Positions 16,790 through 22,885 of a stretch of 22,885 bases of DNA are shown piece by piece (position 1 is the stretch's first letter; every line of letters starts with the position of its first letter). This DNA is from Sumerlaeia bacterium (GTDB lineage: Bacteria > Sumerlaeota > Sumerlaeia > SLMS01 > JAHLLQ01): the NCBI GenBank assembly GCA_040219255.1, contig JAVJSW010000032.1, positions 1 through 22,885 of the forward strand, written 5' to 3'. The notes under the pieces were generated by a model. It saw only the letters and a list, made by a program, of their open reading frames with translations. It ran no database searches and had not been told where the DNA came from. The translations under genes were made by a program, and so were the position numbers.

Positions 16790-16924
16790 GGGTGAGAGTG
16801 GGGAGAAGAAAGGCGGTTGGCCCTTCGCCTGTTCCGCGTGAACGCGGGACTACGAGCGGGGGTGTCGCCGCGACGTTCGCAAACCCCCTTGCCAAACCGC
16901 CCCCGTCCGCCCTCCAATCCCCCC

Positions 16925-17602
16925 ATGGAGCGCTCGTTTCCCCAGCCGAACCCGTCTGGCTGCGCCGCCGAATCGGTGGTGAATGTGGCGGAGTGGTTGC
17001 CGTGTACCGAGGCGGAGGGGCCGGGGCGGCGGTTTGCTTTGTGGGTGCAGGGATGTCCGCTGCGGTGCCCGGGGTGCTGCAACCCGCACATGTTGGAATT
17101 CCGGCCGGAGCGGGCGATGGCGGTGCCGGCGCTGGAGGCGGAGGTGGCGGCGGCTCGCGACCGCGACGGGATTGAAGGCGTGACGTTGATCGGGGGCGAG
17201 CCGTTTGCTCAGGCGCGGGCATTGGCGGAACTGGCGCGGCGGGTGCGGGCGGCGGGGCTGAGCGTGATGGCCTTCAGCGGCTTTCCGTACCAGACGCTGG
17301 CGTCGGGCCGGGGCGAGGGATGGGCGGCGCTGCTGGCAGAGACGGATTTGCTGGTGGCGGGGCCGTATGTGGAGGCGCTGCACGAGACGGATCGGCGATG
17401 GATCGGGTCGTCGAATCAGGAGGTGCATTTTCTGACGGATCGCTACGCGCATCTGCGCGAGGACGCGGGCGGCTGGGACCGGGGGCGGAATTCGGTGGAG
17501 TTGCGTCTGGTGGGCGGGCAAGTGTTCATCAACGGCTTCCCGCACGCCAGCATAACCAGACGCCTGGAAAAGGGCCGCCCGGAGAAGGACCGAAACGCCT
17601 GA
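16925..17602 (+). CDS. Radical SAM protein, NrdG/PflA activase-like (4Fe-4S single cluster)
   Basis: EAEGPGRRFALWVQGCPLRCPGCCNP (CxxxCxxC), GVTLIGGEPFAQ, DLLVAGPY and WIGSSNQ. Start uncertain (ATG 16925 or GTG about 16976-16979). Confidence 0.9.
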   Translation: MERSFPQPNPSGCAAESVVNVAEWLPCTEAEGPGRRFALWVQGCPLRCPGCCNPHMLEFRPERAMAVPALEAEVAAARDRDGIEGVTLIGGEPFAQARALAELARRVRAAGLSVMAFSGFPYQTLASGRGEGWAALLAETDLLVAGPYVEALHETDRRWIGSSNQEVHFLTDRYAHLREDAGGWDRGRNSVELRLVGGQVFINGFPHASITRRLEKGRPEKDRNA

Positions 17603-18696
17603 TGCCATCAGCCTCCGCCGCCCAGAAGGCGCTGCACCAGACCGCGACCTTCGCCTTCACGCCGTTTGTGGCGCGGCTGCTGGGCGATGGGATGGTGATG
17701 GCGCCAAAGTCCGCGACGCCGTTGCCGGTGGGCGACGCGAAGGCGTTGACTGCTGAGGTGGTGGGTGCGGTGGAGGATATGGCAGCGCGGGGCGTGTGGG
17801 CGTGGTTGTGGCAGAGTGGGGGCTGGCGCGCGACGCCGTACGCGGACCCGCGGCGCGACGACCCGCGCCAGGGCCGGATCTTCGACAGCCCGGCGGTGCG
17901 CGCGGCGCCGCTGCGGTTTTCCGTGGCCAGCATCACGCGGCTGATCCTGACGTACAACCTGGTGCTGACGAAGACGCAGAAGGAGTCGGCGGCGGAGATC
18001 GCGCGGCTGGGGATGCTCGCGCGCGAGGCGAACGGCGATTTGCTGCTGGAGCACCTGCTGTTTCTGCGGTTGCGCGAGCGGCGCCCGAACGATCAGGCGG
18101 CGCTGGCCCAGGCGGCGGTGAATCCGCTGACGCGGCTGATTGCTCCGGAGTGGGCCGAGTTGCCGGAGGAAGAGACGCTGCGCGAAAGTCTGGAGCGGCT
18201 GCTGGAGCCGGACGTGGTGTGCTATCTGCCGTGGCTGGGTTTGGACGTGGCGCGGCGGTGGTTGGCGATGGAGGAGCGGCGCTGGCGCGACCGCGAGGCG
18301 CATTTCCAGCCGGTTTCCAACGCCCAGGGGGCGGTGTTTTGCGCGTGGGCGGGGCTGTGCCGCGAACGGCAGCAATGGCACTTGCTGGCGCCGTTCCTGT
18401 ACTATTTCCGGGCGCTGCTGAGCGAATACCCGGCGGCGAACCTGATAGCGCGGTTTCAGGAAACGATGCAAGGCGTTCGCCTGGGCGAGCGGGAAACCGT
18501 GGCGGCGGGCTATTTCCGGGTGCTCGGGGTTGCTCTGGCGATGGCCGATTGCGCCCGCGCGATTCGGGCCCGGCACCCGGCGGACCGCGACGCGGCGGGA
18601 AAAATCTTTCTCTCTCTTTACGCGGCGACGGATTTCGAGCAGACTGCCGCCGAGTTGGAATCGTTACTGCGAAGCCTCCAACCGAAACTGAGCTGA
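17602..18696 (+). CDS. Helical protein resembling FtsH ternary system domain X6
   Basis: ATG overlaps the radical SAM stop (TGATG) behind RBS GGAGAAGGA. The motif order VED..ARG..W...GGWR, GRIFD, LRFS..S, GDLL, NPL.RL..P, ARRW..ME and AQ..V..AW matches my recollection of that family; not verified by search. Confidence 0.6.
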   Translation: MPSASAAQKALHQTATFAFTPFVARLLGDGMVMAPKSATPLPVGDAKALTAEVVGAVEDMAARGVWAWLWQSGGWRATPYADPRRDDPRQGRIFDSPAVRAAPLRFSVASITRLILTYNLVLTKTQKESAAEIARLGMLAREANGDLLLEHLLFLRLRERRPNDQAALAQAAVNPLTRLIAPEWAELPEEETLRESLERLLEPDVVCYLPWLGLDVARRWLAMEERRWRDREAHFQPVSNAQGAVFCAWAGLCRERQQWHLLAPFLYYFRALLSEYPAANLIARFQETMQGVRLGERETVAAGYFRVLGVALAMADCARAIRARHPADRDAAGKIFLSLYAATDFEQTAAELESLLRSLQPKLS

Positions 18697-18739
18697 ACGC
18701 TCGCCCCCTCCGCCTCGCCCGCAAAGGACCCGCCGCACC

Positions 18740-19318
18740 ATGAGCCAGATGTACCGCATCGCCCTGAAGTCCTCCGTCAAGCGCACCATCACGGCGTCGG
18801 ACTCGATCACGTACCCGATTCAACTGACGGAGATCCTGCCCGAAGACGAAATGAAGGACGTTCTGAAAGAGCGCCTGCGCGCCCACGGCTTCGAGGAGCA
18901 GGAGGACGGCACGTTCCGCAAACCCGGCGAGGCCGGCGAGACCATCACCGTGGACCTGGAGAAGATGGAGGCGGAGGCGAGCCTGAGCGCGGAACGCGAC
19001 ATGGAGACGGAGGTGGAAGCGACCGGATCGGGCGGCACCCGGACCTTCGCCCAGACGGAGGCCCAGCGGGTCCTGGCGGCGAAGGAGCAGCACGCCCGCG
19101 AAATGCTCGGGTCGAAGGAGAAGGGCCTGCAAGAGGACCTGACGGGGAGGCTGGAAGAGTCGGAGGAGGGCCGCATGCGGGACTTCAACGAAATCCTGCA
19201 GGAAACCTACGCCGAGAGCCTCAAGCGCAAAGCCCGCCAGATGGGCGAGGTGATGGAAGTGCGCGAAGGCACCACCGAGGACGGCCAATACGAACTGACG
19301 ATCCGCGTGGAGAACTGA
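18740..19318 (+). CDS. Protein resembling FtsH ternary system domain X5
   Basis: MSQMYRI..., L.EILPEDEM..VL...L...GF, a coiled coil, and AESLKRKARQMGEV.EV....DGQYELTIRV. Family recognised from memory. RBS AAGGA. Confidence 0.7.
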   Translation: MSQMYRIALKSSVKRTITASDSITYPIQLTEILPEDEMKDVLKERLRAHGFEEQEDGTFRKPGEAGETITVDLEKMEAEASLSAERDMETEVEATGSGGTRTFAQTEAQRVLAAKEQHAREMLGSKEKGLQEDLTGRLEESEEGRMRDFNEILQETYAESLKRKARQMGEVMEVREGTTEDGQYELTIRVEN

Positions 19319-20148
19319 TGCCGGACGAGGCGATCGCTCTGCTGCGCGAGGGCATCGCGGCCGGCGATATCGGCATGCTGCGCGCCGCCTTCGCCGCCGG
19401 GGCCGACCCCAACGCGCGGCTCAACGGGTTGCACGACACGGCGCTGTTGATCGCGACGGCGTCGGGGAATCTGCTGGTGATGGAGTACCTGATCGACCGC
19501 GGCGCGGACCCGGACCTGATGACGTGGAACGCGGGCGCGCCCATCCATCAGGCCACCCGCCGCAATCAGGTCGATGCCGTCGAGACGCTGCTGCGGCTCG
19601 GCGCGGCGGTGGACCTGCGCGACATGAACAACATGACGGCGCTGCAGTACGCGGCGATGCGGCGCAGCTACGATTGCGCGCGGCTGCTGTTGGGCGCCGG
19701 GGCGGATCCGAATGCTTGCCACGCGTTCACGATGCCGCCGCTGCTGCTAGCCATCGAACGCAGCGACTTCGACATGGCGGCCCTGCTCCTGGGCGAAGGC
19801 CGCGCCGACCCGAATGTCCGGTCGCGCCGCAGCCACACGGCGCTCCACATGGCGGTCTCGCGCGGCGACGAAGCCCTCGGCCTGATCGATTTGCTGATCG
19901 CCAAGGGCGCCGACGTGAACGCCCGGTCTTCGACGTGGCAGGGCTTCGAGGACATCACGCCCCTGCACGTCGCCGCGTTCCACAAGAACCTGGGCGCGAT
20001 GCGGGTCTTGATCGCGGGAGGCGCATCCCCCACGGCGCGGGATGCCAACGGGCATCAGCCGCTCTATTGGTGCCGCGAAAAGGTCAGCGCGAACGAACCG
20101 GTGCGCAGGCTCCTGCAAGAAGCCATCGCGCGGATCGGGATGGCGTAG
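19318..20148 (+). CDS. Ankyrin-repeat protein 1
   Basis: About 6-7 repeats (TALLIA, PIHQA, TALQYAA, PPLLLA, TALHMA, TPLHVAA, with GADPN/GADVN turns). The start overlaps the X5-like stop (TGATG). Confidence 0.93.
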   Translation: MPDEAIALLREGIAAGDIGMLRAAFAAGADPNARLNGLHDTALLIATASGNLLVMEYLIDRGADPDLMTWNAGAPIHQATRRNQVDAVETLLRLGAAVDLRDMNNMTALQYAAMRRSYDCARLLLGAGADPNACHAFTMPPLLLAIERSDFDMAALLLGEGRADPNVRSRRSHTALHMAVSRGDEALGLIDLLIAKGADVNARSSTWQGFEDITPLHVAAFHKNLGAMRVLIAGGASPTARDANGHQPLYWCREKVSANEPVRRLLQEAIARIGMA

Positions 20149-20152
20149 GGCG

Positions 20153-21046
20153 GTGGACGGCGACGCGCTTCTGCAAGCGGTCCGCGAGGGCGACGTCGGT
20201 GCCGTACGCGCCGCGGCCAGCGCTGGGCTCGACCTCGAACGCTCCCTCGCCCTCGTCGGCCTCACGCCCTTGATGGTGGATTATCTGCTGGATCGCGGCG
20301 TGGACCCGCACCTGACGACCCCCACCGGCGAGACGGCGCTGCACCTGGCCATCCGCGGCGGGCGCGGCGATGTGGTGGAAACCATCCTGAGGCGACACGA
20401 CATCCGCACCTTCGCCGAATCCAACAACCGCCAGCCCCTGCTTCACTTCGCCATCTATGCGTCGGTGCTCGATCCGGAGCAGCCGTGCCTGGTGCGGTCA
20501 CTCCTCGATTCCGGCGCCGACCCGAACCATGCCGGTGGCCCGATGACCAGCAGCCCCGCCGGCGAACGCGGCAGCGTCTGGCCCGCGCTGCACCTGGCCG
20601 CGTCCTTTGGCCACGGGGCGGCGTGCGACGCGCTGCTCGGCGCCGGGGCCGACCCGAACCAACGCACCTCGGACAACGACACGGCCCTGCACCTGTCCGC
20701 CGCGGCGGACGATCATGGGCTCGGCGGCAACATCTCGCCCGTCTGGGACCATGGCGCCCGCGTCTTCCACGGCCGCCCCTGCGTCCGCTGGCGCCTCCTC
20801 GCCTCCGGAGCCAACCCCAACCTTCTCAACAACCGGGGCGAGACCCCGCTGCACATCGCGGTGCGCCGCAGCCAACGCGACATCGTCGCCGTCCTGCTGC
20901 GCTGGCAAGCCGACCCCATGGCCCCCGACCCGCAAGGCCGCTCGCCCCTCTCGCAAGCCCGGGGCCGCTTCTGGTGGCGCGCCAGCGAACTGGGGCGCAT
21001 GCTGAAAAGGCCGGAGGTCTTCGCCGGGGCGGAGGTGCGGGGGTGA
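20153..21046 (+). CDS. Ankyrin-repeat protein 2
   Basis: GTG 20153 lies 4 bp after the previous stop. Motifs GETALHLA, PALHLAA, DTALHL, GETPLHIA and GADPN turns. Confidence 0.9.
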   Translation: MDGDALLQAVREGDVGAVRAAASAGLDLERSLALVGLTPLMVDYLLDRGVDPHLTTPTGETALHLAIRGGRGDVVETILRRHDIRTFAESNNRQPLLHFAIYASVLDPEQPCLVRSLLDSGADPNHAGGPMTSSPAGERGSVWPALHLAASFGHGAACDALLGAGADPNQRTSDNDTALHLSAAADDHGLGGNISPVWDHGARVFHGRPCVRWRLLASGANPNLLNNRGETPLHIAVRRSQRDIVAVLLRWQADPMAPDPQGRSPLSQARGRFWWRASELGRMLKRPEVFAGAEVRG

Positions 21047-21096
21047 AGAGGGGCGAATCGGTGGCCAAGCTCCTTTGAGTTTGACGGTGGCAAGTA

Positions 21097-21152
21097 TAGC
21101 GAAGTATACCCATGTATAACCGATTCTCGTTATACATGGGTATACTTCGCTA
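21097..21152. repeat. Perfect 24-bp inverted repeat with 8-bp spacer
   Basis: TAGCGAAGTATACCCATGTATAAC-CGATTCTC-GTTATACATGGGTATACTTCGCTA. Confidence 0.95.
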
Positions 21153-21253
21153 CATATGGACTGTACCGCCTAGTCTGCAACAGGGTTCAGATTCGAAGAA
21201 ATGTGTTCAGTCTGTAGCGAGATGTGTATCCTGCTCCCACCGAAGAACCTACC

Positions 21254-22663
21254 ATGCCCGATCTGACCGAGGCCGAACAAGCCCTGCTGGAAGCCGTCCG
21301 CGCCGATGACATCGGCGGGATTCGCGCGGCGCTGGCCGCGGGGGCGGATGTGAATGCGCGGCTGAATGCGAGTGACTACACGGCATTGCATTTCGCAGCG
21401 AAGCACGGTTTCCACCTGACGGTCGAGTACCTGCTCGACCGCGGCGCAGACCAAGGGTTGGTGACGAATGTCAGCTTGCGCCGAGGGCCGATTCGGACAC
21501 CGCTCGACGTGGCGATCACCTCGGGGCGTACCCAGGTCGTCGCTGCCCTGCTTAGCAGTCTTGCCAAGCGGCCGAGCGAACTTTATTGGCAGCACAAGGG
21601 CGCCCTCAAACTGGTCAAAACACATAGGAATATAGAGATTCAAGGGTTGCTCGAAAACTTTTCGTTTCCTTCGGAAGTGACTTTGTCTCTACAACTTATA
21701 GATGTATTAAACCCAGCTCACTATGATGAAGTGTTGGCTTGTATTGAGCAAGGAGCGGATCCCCTTTTTTCTCTCAAGGAACGCGGGAGTTTATTGCATT
21801 TGGCGGCGGATCAAGGATGCGGAGAAGACATTCTTTCACTATTATGTGAGCACGGATGTGATATTGATGGCCGCGCTAAACATCATAGAAATACGCCGCT
21901 GCATCGCGCCGCCTCCATCGCTTATCCCGAGACTGTTCAAAGTCTCTTGCGATTGGGAGCCGACCCGACCGCACTTACCTCGTATACCGCACCTCCATGG
22001 CTCCTTGCCCTCTCGGCTAAGCGCACAAACAAACATCCTCGTGGCGCCTTGACCGTAGAGGACTCCATCGAAGTTCTCGACCTCTTGTACAATGCCAATG
22101 GTGGCTTCTTTGACGATCCAGATCGGGAAAACTGGGCATTGAGCCGCTCCGTTGCTCCGTCGGGCTGCCATTTTTCTGTTCTTGAACACCTATTCCGTTT
22201 GGGGGCGAATCCCAATTCTCGACCCGATGAAACCCAGCCGACGCTTTTTCATCAGGCAGTTTGGGGCCGAAGTGCCGAAAGGGTGCGCATCATGATAGAG
22301 GCCGGCGCCACCATCGAGCATTCCGCTCCCCCGGGCTTAACAGTCATCCATGATCTTATTAAAAACGGCAGGGAAATCGGCCCGGAGATGGTCGAGATCT
22401 TGGCGTCTGCCGGCGTTGACATCGACGCCCCCGCCCGTGTCGAAATCGACACCATGTATCCACATCCATTTCGCGACCGGTCCGATTGGCAGGGCGCCAC
22501 GGCGCTCCATCTGGCCGCGGCAAGTTACATGTGGCTGAGTTGCGAGAGCCTTATCCGCCACGGCGCCGACCATACGCTGCGCAACGCCAACGGCCGCACG
22601 CCCCGTAACTTTGTGGCCAAGGACCCGTGGCACATCGCCTCGGCCGACCGTGTGGGCCTCTAG
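21254..22663 (+). CDS. Ankyrin-repeat protein 3 (mosaic GC content)
   Basis: YTALHFAA, TPLDVA, SLLHLAA, NTPLHRAA and ATALHLAA. The N-terminus MPD...LL...DIG..RAA.AAGAD.NARLN aligns with ankyrin 1, which supports ATG 21254. Confidence 0.9.
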   Translation: MPDLTEAEQALLEAVRADDIGGIRAALAAGADVNARLNASDYTALHFAAKHGFHLTVEYLLDRGADQGLVTNVSLRRGPIRTPLDVAITSGRTQVVAALLSSLAKRPSELYWQHKGALKLVKTHRNIEIQGLLENFSFPSEVTLSLQLIDVLNPAHYDEVLACIEQGADPLFSLKERGSLLHLAADQGCGEDILSLLCEHGCDIDGRAKHHRNTPLHRAASIAYPETVQSLLRLGADPTALTSYTAPPWLLALSAKRTNKHPRGALTVEDSIEVLDLLYNANGGFFDDPDRENWALSRSVAPSGCHFSVLEHLFRLGANPNSRPDETQPTLFHQAVWGRSAERVRIMIEAGATIEHSAPPGLTVIHDLIKNGREIGPEMVEILASAGVDIDAPARVEIDTMYPHPFRDRSDWQGATALHLAAASYMWLSCESLIRHGADHTLRNANGRTPRNFVAKDPWHIASADRVGL

Positions 22664-22685
22664 GACGCTCGCCCCCCCCCGCCCG

Positions 22686-22746
22686 AACGCCCACAAGTGC
22701 AATAAGTGTATTTTGTCTTTCTTGTCCCTTTGTTGCCACATGAGGG
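22686..22746 (-). repeat. Structured dispersed repeat, copy B (61-bp core, inverted relative to copy A)
   Basis: See copy A. It has an outer stem from TAGGACGCTCGCCC (22661-22674) and GGGTAAACGTCCTA (22744-22757), with a GTAG tag on the minus strand. Confidence 0.8.
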
Positions 22747-22829
22747 TAAACGTCCTACGAGCCCCATCTTGACCATCGCCGGGGTCCTGTGCGATTCTGC
22801 CTCCTCATTTTATACACGGAGAGCAGGTC

Positions 22830-22885
22830 ATGGAACACAAGACCCCCGGCTTCACATCCGGCGCGAAGCGAACGCACTGGCAGGC
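22830..22885 (+). CDS. Start of an unidentified gene (partial)
   Basis: GGAGAG RBS, ATG 22830, MEHKTPGFTSGAKRTHWQ open to the edge. A possible promoter is TTGACC (22769-22774) with TGcGATTCT downstream. Confidence 0.45.
   Translation, partial: MEHKTPGFTSGAKRTHWQ

Noticed and set aside
16925-17602. Gene symbol nrdG
   Set aside because: There is no nrdD nearby and the operon context points to a different role.
18697-18714. ACGCTCGCCCCC motif after the X6-like stop, repeated after the ankyrin 3 stop (22665)
   Set aside because: Short and low-complexity, so it is plausible by chance.
21095-21152. Literal loxP site or intrinsic terminator
   Set aside because: TATAGCGAAGTAT only loosely resembles a loxP arm and is not adjacent to the spacer. 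The stem is AT-rich with no U-tract.
19318-22663. Ankyrins as cognate immunity proteins of the Rhs fragment
   Set aside because: They are 19 kb away and upstream of the leftward-reading rhs; cognate immunity genes lie directly downstream of the toxin.
16713-22758. Calling the bracketed block a transposon
   Set aside because: No transposase, integrase or target-site duplication is seen, so it is kept only as a hypothesis in the findings.

Overview
GC-rich bacterial window. Two pseudopilins of the PNFLEAQTRSK...YDPTNG..S.GD type suggest Candidatus Sumerlaeota (BRC1) or a relative; this is an inference. The left edge holds an N-terminally truncated Rhs/YD-repeat gene (minus strand, missed by the ORF track). 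From 0.7 to 16.5 kb lie envelope and housekeeping genes: a DinB-family protein, two paralogous GT-C glycosyltransferases, a Spy/CpxP-like protein, two pseudopilins, an arrestin-like gene pair, a small lipoprotein, an AEC transporter, a secreted hypothetical protein, an Amidase_2 amidase, an M16 peptidase, an NAD(P)-binding reductase, a membrane-anchored ECF sigma factor and a DCC1 oxidoreductase. The most interesting part is 16.7-22.76 kb. An NrdG/PflA-like radical SAM gene and two genes resembling FtsH-ternary conflict-system components (X6, X5) run directly into three ankyrin-repeat genes. The third ankyrin gene has a low-GC core and is preceded by a perfect 24-bp palindrome. The whole block is bracketed by two inward-facing copies of a structured ~100-nt repeat. 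Several REP-like intergenic repeats are present. I found no tRNA, rRNA, CRISPR array, transposase or integrase. All family assignments are motif recognition by eye, not database results.
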